From NCBI GenBank assembly GCA_950097015.1, contig CATNEN010000037.1, positions 3,224,001-3,288,000 of the forward strand: a DNA stretch of 64,000 nucleotides. The letters are read 5' to 3'. Positions 23,901 to 35,679 of the stretch are shown here, in pieces (positions within the stretch are counted from its first letter, which is position 1; every line of letters starts with the position of its first letter). The DNA comes from Macrostomum hystrix. Lineage: Eukaryota > Animalia > Platyhelminthes. The translations under genes were made by a program, and so were the position numbers. The notes under the pieces are model-generated. The model did not search any database and was not told the origin of the DNA. It was given only the letters and a program-made list of their open reading frames with translations.

Positions 23901-25056
23901 TGATTGCACCTACTCATTGTGACTCTGGTTGCTGCTCAACTAAGCTAACCCAGTAATAATATAATAATATTAATAATAATAATTTACTTCACCTGCCCCG
24001 ATCGGGCATCTGAAGGCTGCGTACGGCTCTTCAGTCCATGGACTCTTTGGGAACCCCCTTAATTTCCCCAGCTAATGCTGGTAACCCATTTAACAGCTGG
24101 GTGAACCGAAGCAATGCAGAGTTAAGTTCCTTGCTAAATGATACTAATTGTTGCAGTGTAGTCGGGAATCGAACCCCCGACCTTCAAGTCATGAGTCCGA
24201 CCCTCTAACCACCATAGGCTACAAACCCTAAAATTACTACGATAATGACTTAGAAGTGCATAAAAAACGCCGTAAAAATATTTTTCAGGACTCTCTAAGC
24301 GACGCCGCTCAGGGTCGTCCGTCATCAGAAGCTGCTGAGGCTGCAGCTGCTGCTGCTGCAGGCAACAACAATCATGAAGAATCCAACGAAGAATCCGTCA
24401 GGCGAAGCTTGGAAAGCCTATCGACCGGTGTTAAGGTGATTCTTGACTGACTGTTCTCCTTTGTTAGTTACACATTCGCCATTCACATATTCGCCATTCA
24501 CATATTCGCCATTCACGTATTCGCCATTCATATATTCGCCATTCACAACATTCGCCATTCACAACATTCGCCATTCACATATTCGCCATTCACATATTCG
24601 CCATTCACATATTCGCCATTCACATATTCGCCATTCACATATTCGCCATTCATATATTCGCCATTCACAACATTCGGCATTCACAACATTCGGCATTCAC
24701 ATATTCGCCATTCACGTATTCGCCATTCACATATTCGCCATTCACGTATTCGCCATTCACATATTATTCATTCACATATTCGCCATTCACTCAAGGTGGA
24801 GGACAGCGACCTCGGCGTCGGAGTCAGCCAGGAGCAGAAGCGCCTGCGCCGCAACTCGCTGCTGCGAATGATCTCAGATCCCTACACCTATCCGGGATCG
24901 AGGCCGGGCACCGGTCCCTCCGGCTTCGGCCGCGGCAAGGCCAAGGGCCTCATCAGCGCCGAGTCGACAGCCAACTCGGATCTGTCTGTATTCGACGAGA
25001 TCGGCGAATCCGAGGAAGGCGCCGACGAGACCGAGAATAACGACGGTGAAGCCTGA
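17915..25056 (+). CDS. tdc: PLP-dependent aromatic amino-acid decarboxylase, most likely tyrosine decarboxylase; exons 17915-18115, 18777-19007, 19333-19626, 20335-20496, 21176-21243, 21316-21386, 21488-21606, 22287-22388, 23447-23824, 24289-24435, 24796-25056; ~677 aa
   Basis: All 11 exons join in phase at GT-AG sites. Group II decarboxylase motifs: [78 protein letters not shown]. The PLP-lysine motif is NPNKW (K at 21206-21208), which is TDC-type, versus NPHKW in DDC and NPSKW in HDC. The long C-terminal tail has an RMISDP box. Tail exons 10-11 are less certain than the core. Confidence 0.9.
18153..18742. repeat. 25-bp minisatellite (GTGGGTTCCATACTCACTGGAGTCT)n in tdc intron 1
   Basis: Read directly, ~24 units; fills most of the intron. 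Confidence 0.96.
19148..19208 (-). mobile_element. Truncated tRNA-like head of SINE family A in tdc intron 2
   Basis: Reverse complement GGGGTTGTAGCCTACTGGTTGAAGCGTCGGACCCACGACTTAAAGGTCGGGGGCTCGATT matches the head of the 23954-24228 copy. Confidence 0.7.
19735..20185. repeat. 21-bp minisatellite (ATGGGATCATAATCCTGATTG)n in tdc intron 3
   Basis: Read directly; a flanking unique segment (GTGGTTCTGGTCCTAATTGTTTGG...) is duplicated at 19850 and 20101. Confidence 0.95.
20690..21025. repeat. Degenerate ~48-49-bp tandem repeat (97-bp dimer) with core CTATTTTTAGAAC in tdc intron 4
   Basis: Cores near 20818, 20867 and 20915; CGCGGTTCTA recurs at 20811 and 20908. Confidence 0.8.
21765..22090. repeat. 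24-bp minisatellite (GGTCAT[A/G]GTAGGTGGTATTGGATT)n in tdc intron 7
   Basis: Read directly; degenerates gradually toward ~22200. Confidence 0.93.
22405..22865. repeat. ~21-bp minisatellite (GATTGAGGCTCTCTCCTCGTC and variants) in tdc intron 8
   Basis: Read directly; starts about 20 nt after the exon 8 donor. Confidence 0.93.
23954..24228 (-). mobile_element. Full-length SINE family A copy with (TTA)n-like tail in tdc intron 9
   Basis: Reverse complement shows A-box TAGCCTATGGTGG, B-box GGTTCGATTCC, CORE-like body, 3' hairpin TGCCC-GATCG-GGGCA and an ATT-repeat tail. Confidence 0.88.
24470..24790. repeat. 15-bp minisatellite (CATTCACATATTCGC)n in tdc intron 10
   Basis: Read directly, ~21 units; runs to within 5 nt of exon 11. 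Confidence 0.95.
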
Positions 25057-25144
25057 CAGCTTTCCATGAAAAAGCTCTGCGAAAGCTTTGAAGCTTGATT
25101 GGTGGGAAACTAGCGTTTAGAAAAAACGATTTGTAGCAAGCAGA

Positions 25145-25420
25145 AAAGAGGGTAATGACCGCTTTGTATCAAGGAGAAAGAGGGTAATGACCGCATTGTA
25201 TCAAGGAGAAAGAGGGTAATGACCGCATTGTATCAAGGAGAAAGAGGGTAATGACCGCTTTGTATCAAGGAAAAAGAGGGTAATGACCGCTTTGTGTCAA
25301 GGAGAAAGAGGGTAATGACCGCATTGTATCAAGGAGAAAGAGGGTAATGACCGCATTGTATCAAGGAAAAAGAGGGTAATGACTGCTTTGTATCAAGGAA
25401 AAAGAGTGTTAATGACCTAT
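25145..25420. repeat. 32-bp tandem repeat (AAAGAGGGTAATGACCGC[A/T]TTGTATCAAGGA[G/A])n just downstream of the tdc stop
   Basis: Read directly, ~8 units. Confidence 0.93.
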
Positions 25421-25830
25421 TTGTAGATGGATTGTAGTGGCGAAATACTGCAGGACCTAAGAAAGTTTTCAGTGTTTAATAGTGCAATGATTGCGCAGTG
25501 TCTTGTTTCCTGATAAACTTCATTATTTGAGTTTATTATGATATGTTAAACACATAGTGTAGTTTTTTTCTCCATAACAGATATTAGTTTCATCATACAC
25601 AGACTCATTTTTTTAATTGTTCTTTTATTTTTTCCTTTATAGAGTTCTCGAGTAGTAGTGTGAACATTTTTTGCTAAAAGTTTTTTGTAGCAAACACTTC
25701 ATGAACTGATTGTAAGCTAGATTTTTTAATTTCACCAATCTATAGTTTGCACTTTTTCTCAATTAAGCAGAAATTTTAATTTAAGTTGTTCTACGTGATA
25801 GCTTATTTAAAGTCTTGTGAATGTGGATGC

Positions 25831-26850
25831 GAAACTGTTCTGGGAATGTTCTGGGAATGTGAAACAGATCTGGGAATCTGAAACAGATCTGGGAATGTGA
25901 AACAGATCTGCGAATGAGAAAATGTTCTGGGAATGTTCTGGGAATGTGAAACTGTTCTGGGAATGTTCTGGGAATGTGAAACAGATCAGGGAATGTTCTT
26001 GGAATGTGAAACTGTTATAGGAATGTTCTGAGAATGTGAAACTGTTATTGGGATGTTCTGGGAATTTGAAACAGTTCTGGGGATGTGAAACAGTTCTGGG
26101 GATGTAAAACAGTTCTGGGGATGTGAAACTGTTATGGGAATGTTCTGGGGATGTGAAACTGTTATGGGAATGTTCTGGGGATGTGAAACTGTTCTGGGAA
26201 GTGAAACTGTTCTGGGGATGTGAAACTGTTCTGGGGATGTGAAACTGTTCTGGGGAAGTGAAACAGTTCTGGGGATGTGAAACTGTTCTGGGGATGTGAA
26301 ACTGTTCTGGGGAAGTGAAACTGTTCTGGGGATGTGAAACTTTTATGAGAATGTGAAACTGTTCTGGGGATGTGAAACTTTTATGAGAATGTGAAACTGT
26401 TCTGGGGATGTGAAACTGTTCCGGGGATGTGAAACTGTTCTGGGGAAGTGAAACTGTTCTGTGGATGTGAAACTGTTCTGGGGATGTGAAACTGTTCTGG
26501 GGATGTGAAACTGTTCTGGGGATGTGAAACTGTACTGGGGAAGTGAAACTGTTATGGGAATGTTCTGAGAATGTGAAACTGTTCTGGGAATGTGAAACTG
26601 TTCTGGGGAAGTGAAACTGTTCTGGGGATGTGAAACTGTTATGGGAATGTTCTGAGAATGTGAAACTGTTCTGGGAATGTGAAACTGTTCTGGGGATGTG
26701 AAACTGTTCTGGGGATGTGAAACTTTTATGAGAATGTGAAACTGTTCTGGGGATGTGAAACTGTTCTGGGGATGTGAAACTGTTATGGGAATGTTCTGAG
26801 AATGTGAAACTGTTATTGGAATGTTCTGGGGATGTGAAACTGATTTGGAA
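25831..26850. repeat. 19-bp minisatellite (GAAACTGTTCTGGGGATGT)n with 11-bp GTTCTGGGAAT inserts
   Basis: Read directly. Confidence 0.95.
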
Positions 26851-27350
26851 TCACAATTGGCTATAGTCGTTACATTATGTCTTTTTAATCAGCCCTATCT
26901 CATGTTGTAAAAGTAGGTAGCAATTTTTGTCACATATATTTAACATTTTCCTACGCACGTACCTACTTCCAGTAGCAACAAGATTTGTTTTAATTAGTTT
27001 TTATCCCAAATCCTCGAAGTTTAAGTGTTTTTGATTCGTATACGCATGAATGATCAGCTCACGAACAAAACAATTGTAAGCCATTATTAATTGTTTTTTA
27101 TCTATCATCTGCTTCTCAGTGTGTCAGCATGTAATTTTGCTCCTGGAAACATTATAATTCTATAAATAAATAAGCACTTTTCATTTTCTAACGTCACTTA
27201 AAAATTATCAAAACACTGATAAAAAGACTTTTTTAAAGCAATTGTTTTAAAAAACTTAATACAATGAGACTTCACATTTACAATTTCGATAAAGACCTAA
27301 AGTAAAGGATCCTAACTTGATTTTCAAACTTCAACACTCAAACCGTCGCT

Positions 27351-27385
27351 GATTGGCCCAGGCCCGGATTTGAACTGGCCAATGA
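27351..27385. promoter_or_regulatory. Pair of opposed CCAAT boxes about 210-240 bp upstream of the protocadherin ATG (putative proximal promoter)
   Basis: GATTGG at 27351 and CCAAT at 27379 in a local GC-rich patch. Function is inferred from motif and position only. Confidence 0.35.
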
Positions 27386-27590
27386 GCGGGCCCCGTTCGC
27401 CGCCCCGTTTGCACTGCAGCAAACTGACACGCAAAAAGAATGCTGCTGCAGCGGCTAAAAGGGAGAAGCAAACAACCCGGGCAGTAAAAGACAATAGCTA
27501 GGCAAGACTGACCAACAGCGCAAATTTAGCAGCCCCAGCTAACTTTTCCTGGTTAGGTATTTCCCATCGCTCATTGTGAAGAATCTCCAG

Positions 27591-30560
27591 ATGCTCCTGC
27601 CTTCAGCATCTGGCAGCCTTGTGCTGCTGTCACTGGCTCACTGCATCACGCTGGTCCTGACGAGTATCTCCAGCCTGGTGCTAGACGAGGATCTGCCAGC
27701 GGGCTCTTCTCTGCCCAAGCTCAATCAGGCCCTGAAGGATGCGGGCATTCACCCGGACAGCTTCGTGTTGGTCAAGCACGCCTACTTTGACTACAGGGTC
27801 GCTAGCAACCAAGGCCAGCTAGTCGTTAAGAAGACGCTCGACCGCGACACCATGTGCCAAAAGGACAAACTGTGTTGCGAAAATCAGCGCGACTGTGAGC
27901 TGAAGCTGACCTTCATCAATAGTCACGCCATACCAATCAGCACCAAGATGCTGCACGTGACCCTTCGCGACGCCAACGATCATAGTCCGAGATTTGAGCA
28001 CCCGCTGCACTACATCCGCATTCGTGAGGACGAGGTGACTGGCTTCTCTGAGCGTCTTCCTTTGGCCGTCGACCCTGACGCCGGAGAAAACTCAGTCGTG
28101 CGCTACAACCTGCGACCGGACAGCGGGCATTTCACCCTGCGGCCTGAGCTCGGCGCTGGCCGCCAGATCAGCAAGCTGTTCCTGGAGCTGATCTCCGGCC
28201 TCGACCGCGAGGTGTCCGACTCGTACGAGTTCACTCTTATTGCGCAGGACGGCGGGGGCAGAAACGGTAGCATGCGCATCATTGTGAACGTAAGCGACAG
28301 CAACGATCGTCATCCGTACTTTCTGCGCAGCCACGAAACTGTGCATGTGAACGAGAGTCAGAGATTCGGTTGCATAGCGAATGTTACGGCGCGCGACGAG
28401 GACATCGGCATCAACGCCGAAATCGTCTACGAATTCGACGTCAAACAGATGGGCCAGGACGCTGGCGCCATCCAGCAGAGGTTCCGACTAGAGCGAACGA
28501 CTGGGCGGATCTGTCTGAATGGTCGTCTCGACTACGAGGAGCGCACCAAGTATGAGCTGCCGATTGTGGCTAAGAACATTGTGCCACACACCAAACAGGA
28601 ACCTCCGGCAACTGCCACTGTCACCGTCCTAGTTCAGAATGAGAACGATGAGATACCGACGCTGCGGGTGCACTACATGCAGAGCGGCGAGCGACGCTCC
28701 TTCGCCAGCGTGCGAGAGAATCAGCGCGTCGGTGAGATTCTCGCCCAGCTCATGGTGACCGACCGCGATGTTGACTTTATGTCTTGCGAGCTGGGCAGTC
28801 AGTCCGATAGAGAACTGTTCCAGCTGCACAATGTCAACTACGATAGGACCAAGGATGAGTATATGTACATCTTTAGTACGCAGAAGGACACTAGCCTGGA
28901 TCGCGAGGTCATGCTCGCTAGTGTTCCACTAGAAAGAGCAAATACTGTCGATGTAAAACACGTGGTTAGAATTGTCTGCCGTGACGGACGAAACTCAGTC
29001 ACTGGGAATGTCACCGTCCAAGTGCTCGATGAAAACGACAATGATCCACAGCTCAGCGTGCGTCCTTGGTCCGGCCGCCTGGCTGCCATCGTCCGCGACG
29101 CTCAAGTTGTTGAGGTAGATGAAAATGTGCCTTCCGACTATCGTGTAGCCCGTGTGGTCGCTATCGATCCGGACTATGCCGAGAATGGCACGGTGGAGTT
29201 CTCAATGCACGGCTCGCCGTTGAACACGCTCGAGACCTTCAGAATCTTGCCTGACGGCGCTATTGCAACGAAGAAACGCATCGACCGTGAGGAGACCAAC
29301 CCGCCGACTGATGCGTTTGATGTGGTTGTTGTCGGTACTGACAAGGGCAACCCTCAACGCTCAAGTACCATCAGTTTCCGACTGGCTATCAACGATCAGA
29401 ACGACAATCCACCGCACATGGAGCCTCGCATGGCATTTAGCGTGCAGGAGAATAACAAGCCTGGACATCAGGTGGGCCAGATTTTCGTCACCGACCCGGA
29501 CAGGGTTGGTCGCCTATCTTTGACGCTGCAGCCCGCACCTGGGCGGCCACCACTGGATCGTCGACTGCCGTTTCACATACGCGAAGAGCAGCCGCCGTCT
29601 CTGTCGCATCAGCAGCAGATGCCTCAGCAGCGCTGCTTCTTTCTTATCGCCACAGAACAGTTGGACAGTGAGCGCGTCAGCGAGTACCAATTCCTGGTTG
29701 TGGCAACTGACGATGAGCACGGCCGCGGTCACCGAGTGTCCAGCCTGGTCACCGTCTCAGTTCTGGACCAGAACGATCACACTCCAAAGATTTTCTTTCC
29801 GTGCACAGATGAAAATTCTGCTGGACAGACGCAGCCAATGGAACTCAGGCAGTTTCATCGGCATCACAATGTCTCCTGGCGCGAAGCCGCCGGTTACACC
29901 ATCGTCAAAGTCAACGCCAAAGACGATGACCGGGACAAAACGAGCAACGGACGATTCCAGTTTTCTCTGGAGCCAGTCCAGCTATTTACTATCGATCAGG
30001 ACAACGGTGAAGTCAAGGTTGCAGCTCACATGCAGCAACGCGATATGGGGAAGCACCGGGTCCGGGTCACCGTTCGCGACTCTGGCCAGCCCAGCAGCTT
30101 GAGCGCCAGCTGCGAGTTCTACATCACCGTGGACGCTTCACAGCCCCACAGCCTGCAGGTCGACTCGTCAGCCGGTGGCCTCGGAGGAGGAAGCACGCAG
30201 CTGCGAGGCGATGGCGGAAGCAACTCGGGCGGCGGTGTCGGGGGCAGTCTCAGCAACGCCGGACTGAACTTCTTCCATCTGAACGATGCCAGCATCCTCA
30301 TCGCTGTGGCTGCATTCATCTGTCTGCTGCTGATTGCCACCCTGCTGCTGCTGTGCTATGCCAGGCACTGGCACAATACGCCCGAGTTCCTGCCCGACCT
30401 GTTGCAGATCTGCCTGGCACCCAGTGGTCGCCGGGCCAAGCCATGCGCCACGGAAGACCCAGACGCGGTAGCTTCGGCGGCCGCTTTGGCTGCCAACACC
30501 GTGTCCTCTGGCGGAGCTGAGTCTTTCATGAAGTTTGGCGAAAGACCCTCAATTAGTCAG
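27591..30560 (+). CDS. Protocadherin exon 1: signal peptide, 7 cadherin repeats, transmembrane helix, start of cytoplasmic tail (990 codons)
   Basis: Hydrophobic leader MLLPSASGSLVLLSLAHCITLVLTSISS. DRD/DRE/DYE motifs and DxNDxxPxF-type linkers (DANDHSPRF, DSNDRHPYF, NENDEIPTL, DENDNDPQL, DQNDNPPHM, DQNDHTPKI). Cys-rich EC1 (DRDTMC...C), TM segment ILIAVAAFICLLLIATLLLLCY, and consensus donor CAG|GTAAGT at 30561. A whole ectodomain in one exon is typical of protocadherins. Confidence 0.95.
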
Positions 30561-30652
30561 GTAAGTTTCCCAGATTACCTGAAATTTTTTGAGCTTTCTC
30601 AAAAATTTGTAGATTCTTAGCAGACTCTCGTTGTCTGTCTGGTAGATTTTTA

Positions 30653-31000
30653 GAAGACTCTCACCGACAGTGTGGTGGATTCTTCGAAGACTCTCACCGA
30701 CAGTGTGGTGGATTCTTCGAAGACTCTCACCGACAGTGTGGTGGATTTTTAGAAGACTCTCACCGACAGTGTGGTGGATTCTTCGAAGACTCTCACCGAC
30801 AGTGTGGTGGATTCTTCGAAGACTCTCACCGACAGTGTGGTGGATTTTTAGAAGACTCTCACCGACAGTGTGGTGGATTCTTCGAAGACTCTCACCGACA
30901 GTGTGGTGGATTCTTCGAAGACTCTCACCGACAGTGTGGTGGATTCTTCGAAGACTCTCACCGACAGTGTGGTGGATTCTTAGAAGACTCTCACCGACAT
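30653..31000. repeat. 33-bp tandem repeat (GAAGACTCTCACCGACAGTGTGGTGGATTCTTC)n, ~10 units
   Basis: Read directly; a degenerate unit precedes it at ~30610-30652. Confidence 0.96.
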
Positions 31001-33361
31001 TTTAATGCTTGGTATATGTTTACGACTGAAGCTAAATAGACACTGGCTTCATAAATTCTCCATTTGTGGCCCATCATCTTGTCCCCCGACCCAAGGATTG
31101 CATTTACACCGACCCCGCCACGAACCCTTAAACACGAAGTTTCAAAAGCATCACCGAGTATTGAGATTTCAGAGTGAGTGCTGCCGTGGACCCGGCTGTA
31201 AAATCAACTATGCTATGACTCCCGCGCCAGCTGTTACTGGCATCCACGCCGCGAACTAGAGATCCCAGATCCCAGTGCTGTTGTTAGACGGGAACATCCC
31301 AAACGTATGTGGGCACAGATCGGGGACTTGCATCGCATTGGGAGCCAGCAGAGAGAGAGAGTAAAGGTGGCAGACCATATGGGCTTAGATGTAAATAGTC
31401 CGGCCAGTAAGTTCAGGGAAGCAAAGGTTTTATGACTCCTAAATCAGACTATGTCGCAACAGCTGCCTTCCTCTCCGTGTTTGTGCATCCTCCGTCTCTT
31501 CTGCAGTGTTTCTCTTCTCCAAATTGCTATGTAAGTTCTGCTGCTGCTTCTTGTCAAAGAAGTCTTCCGCTAAACGGGGTTTTGTAGCCTCTATTTTCAC
31601 ACAATTCAGTCATATGGGGTCCAACGAGTCACAAATCAGTTTTTTGGGTCTTAAGATAGGGTCCATTGTGTAAATAATAGTCAGGCTTGTTTCCTAGGAC
31701 AGAATCTAAACTACAGGCATGCGTCTTTTATCTCGTGTCGCTGGCCGCTAGTTCCGAATGTCAATTTTGGGAACCAGATAACAAACAGATGAGGTTAGAG
31801 CATCACGTTCAGCTAACAAATCAAGTGCGGGCACTTGATATTTCTCGGAAGGAAATAATTGTAGAGGAGTCACCCACTTGATTCCACCACAGGTGCACAG
31901 TTCGGTGCGAGTAACAACATAAACACCGTCTCACAGCAGTCACACTATGGCAATACTAAAAACCATAATAGATAAACCCCTTCTTTTCCTATACCTATTG
32001 CTATTAAGTTGTTCAGCACAATGTCCCACTTCTGACTATCGGAATACTAACCACTTCCTTTGCAAGGCTTCTTGTCTCTACCCTCTTAGTGCAAGAAACA
32101 GCAGTCGTAGTCTTCTAGAACAATGGCCTGGCCCAGCTAATAAAAATATCACTTAGCACTGGCAGTCACTCAAAGTGTGAGTTTTTAAACGATCGGAGTG
32201 AAAGTTGTTCTATAGATCTGGGCTATTGTCTGGGCTAGCTTACTACTGGGCAGTTATTTTAGACACGCATTCCACTTGAGCCACTGTAAGACAACTGTTT
32301 ACGAGTAGCTAACTCATGCAAAAGAGACTATTTGAGTAGTTTTTGAGTCGATATAGTGTAGGTGAAGTCAATGTGAGATGGGATGACACACAGGAAGTAG
32401 GAAAGCCTATGATCTGCAGACACTCGCAAACAGTTTGTCGTTAATCAAACACGCGCAATCACAGCAATAGCCTTAGCAACCTCTAGGTTGAGAATACCTT
32501 GACGAGGAAGTGCCTGGGGAAGCATAAATCAAAATTCTTTCTGAACAAAGTCGGATATTCAGATTCCCCCTGAAGAACGCGAGTGACTTACAAGCTCAGG
32601 CCTACATCCTGGTTTATAGCTGGACCCCGTGGGACCTAACACACTGTTCCCAAACAACACTTATCCCTTCTGAAGCCTATGCAGCATGATTTCCAAGCTT
32701 TGAAACTCCGCTATTCCGGTGTCAGCCATGACGATGTGAAATAAATTCAGAATAGATTTTATTTTCATTTCTATTTGTCCCTCTCGGCAAGTCACGCAAG
32801 ACACTTTCACTCGGACAAAATAGTGAGGCTCATTAATAATTCATTAGAATATTTTTAGTCTGTTAGGCCTTAAAAACTTCCGTGCGCCTTAGTTGGCACC
32901 GCCCCAAGCCTACTTAGAGGGATGTGGGATGAAGCGGAGAGGCTGGTGAGTCTTAATGCAATATTTCTGAGCTCGTCAGACAGAAATTGGCTCAAGGGCG
33001 GTACCCGCCATCTGCGCCCCTTGACTCTCCCTACCTCCCTCCCTCTGTCACTGTCCCGTCGTCTTCAGACTTCACTCCCGTTAGCCTGTCCACATTTTCC
33101 TCTCGAAGGATCCCATCTCCAGCTCTGTTTCCACCTCTCCATCTCTACATCCCTTTGCAGCTCTATCATTTTGAGTATAGAGTGGAATTTTGGCCTTCTT
33201 ATTCCAAGTTTGTCAGCTCAAAGCCGCTCTTCTGAAGCCACTCCCTGTGGCGGTCGCCTATTATTCGTCAAGCCGTTCAACCAGCGCGACACAAAAGCCT
33301 AACATTTTCTCAGCTAAAATTCAACCAACTTTCAACTAACCATAGAACCTAATCTTCCTGC

Positions 33362-33925
33362 GTCTCATTTCTCCCCTGTCTCATTTCTCCCCTGTCTCAT
33401 TTCTCCCCCGTCTCATCTACCCTCCGTCTCATTTCTCCCCTGTCTCATCTCCCTTGTGCCTCATCTCTCCCTCTCTCATCTCCCTTGTGTCTCAGTTCTA
33501 CCCTGTCTCATCTCTCCCCTGTCTCATCTCCCGTGTGTCTCAGTTCTACCCTGTCTCAACTCTCCCCTGTCTCATTTCTCCCCCGTCTCATCTACCCTCC
33601 GTCTCATCTCTCCCCTGTCTCATCTCCCGTGTGTCTCAGTTCTACCCTATCTCATCTCTCCCCTGTCTCATCTCCCGTGTGTCTCAGTTCTACCCTGTCT
33701 CATCTCTCCCCTGTCTCATCTCCCTTGTGTCTCATCTCTCCCCTGTCTCATCTCCCGTGTGTCTCAGTTCTACCCTGTCTCATCTCTCCCCTGTCTCATC
33801 TCCCGTGTGTCTCAGTTCTACCCTGTCTCATCTCTCCCCTGTTTCATCTCCCGTGTGTCTCAGTTCTACCCTGTCTCATCTCTCCCCTGTCTCATCTCCC
33901 GTGTGTCTCAGTTCTACCCTGTCTC
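33362..33925. repeat. CT-rich 16-bp repeat (CTCATCTCTCCCCTGT-type) with 48-bp higher-order unit
   Basis: GTGTCTCAGTTCTACCCTGTCTCATCTCTCCCCTGTCTCATCTCCCGT recurs; explains ORFs 33454-33989. Confidence 0.92.
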
Positions 33926-35679
33926 TCGCTGTGGTCTCGTGTATAATTTCCTTGGCCAATTCGCTGGCCTAATGGAAGGCATTCCTTAGTGAGCTGCATG
34001 GCAGGTAATTTGAGAACCAAATCCTGCATGATCAGGTCCCATCCGTATCACCCCACATTTTTTGTGTTTCCTTCGCTTGTCAATTCCCCCTGTCTCTCTC
34101 TTCCTCTCGTTCTTTCTCAGCCTCTTAGAGGATTAGGATGCTTTCCGGATCATATTTCCGGCCATCTGAAAGCTACCTGAAGCAGTCTAGATATGAGAAA
34201 TGAGAGCTAATATATTATTTCTGTCCATATAATATCGAACTGTCCTGCCGATGCTAAACTATGTAGAAAGTGAGACAAAGAAGGGGAAGACATTTTTTGA
34301 TACATGATGCAGCATCTCATTAGGTTTTCTTCCTTCATAAGAGGGGATAAATATCCCAGCCCCAAAGTGCCTGAAGAGCCTCATCCCCTCTGTTAGTTTT
34401 TGTGCTAGACTGAAGGTATGAAGCGGATGCTTCAGCTCCTGTCTGGTCTCCCGAAGGCTGAGTTGAGAATGGGATACGAGTCATACTGGGGTAACTTTTC
34501 CCATTCTCCCAGCTCTACCTCATTGGGGTGGGTCTAAAATAGCCTGTTGTGCGAGCCCTGTTGGGGGAGGGCGGTCCGTAGGGGGTTAAAGGGGAGTCAG
34601 AAACTGCCATCATCATCGGGTACCCGCAGCATCAGCAGCAGCAGCATCAGCAGCAGCAGCGGCAGCGGCAGCGGCAGCGGCAGCCGTTGAATTATTAATT
34701 GGCCTGTCCCCATTGTGGGAAGCTTGCAACAGAAATTTCCTCATACCGTGCAGCCTTTCAGCCTCCCCAAACTCCCAACCTGAATGCAGAAAATTTTGCG
34801 ACAATTCATTTTTTTAAACGTCAAACTCAACTTTGCCTTTACCTGCAATGCGGATCTCTCGGGTTGCAATTTTAATTGGGCATGGCTCATGGTCTCTGAG
34901 CCGCATATGTTGCGCGGCGCATCTAAACACTGTGTACTGTCCATGTCCATGGACACACACACAGACACACGAATTTCTGTACCAGCCTGGGAAGCAATTG
35001 GAAATTAAGTGTCTCGCTCAATAACACAATTTTTTCCGCGGGAAATATATTCGAACTTTCGACCGTTCGGTCAGATTATCGATGCTTCTAATCAGTAAAG
35101 TAATTGTTGTTTTCTAGCACCAATAAATAATTATGTTCTCAAACAAATTGCAGCCACTCAGTCAGCCACTCTATCAAGCCACCATCATCAACTCACGTGG
35201 ACCCGTTTACGATTGCGCCTCTGGTGAGATAAACTTTGAAAATAATGCCTTATCTTTCTTATAATAAGACTTATATTGTGACCAAGACTTTATCATGCTT
35301 CATAAAATTACATGGAATCACTGCTCATTTAGAAGAAAAAGGACTTGACTGGTTATAAAAATAATTAATTGTCATTTACAAAATTAGACACGCATGGCCG
35401 GCTGTGTCTTTGAAATTGCCTTTTTACCTTGGCATGCTCGGTCGGTCACGTGTGTGTGTGTATATATATGGTTGCTCAAGTCTTATTTTGATCACATACT
35501 GCATTGGCGCTGGGCTTGGTGTATTAGGAACCCTTCGCTAAGCATCCTTAGATTGCTAATGCTCCACTGAGCTTCAAAAAAATCCCCCGCTGCCGTGGAT
35601 TTGAATTAAGCATTGGCTCCGCTTTCTAAGTAGTAGTCTGAGATGCCTATAGAAAAGCTGGGATTGCTCAGACAGTCTA

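Noticed and set aside
17915-25056. Calling the enzyme DOPA decarboxylase or histidine decarboxylase
   Set aside because: The PLP motif is NPNKW rather than NPHKW (DDC) or NPSKW (HDC), and the tail has a TDC-like RMISDP box. A phylogeny is still needed.
27576-27590. GTG start given by the ORF track for the protocadherin
   Set aside because: This is a eukaryotic gene; the ATG at 27591 directly precedes the signal peptide.
30561-30620. Read-through C-terminus VSFPDYLKFFELSQKFVDS of the 1014-aa ORF
   Set aside because: It begins at a consensus donor CAG|GTAAGT and is most likely intronic, although an unspliced short isoform is possible.
34590-34700. CAG/CGGCAG run as a protocadherin exon
   Set aside because: No convincing acceptor or phase-compatible donor; treated as an intronic microsatellite.
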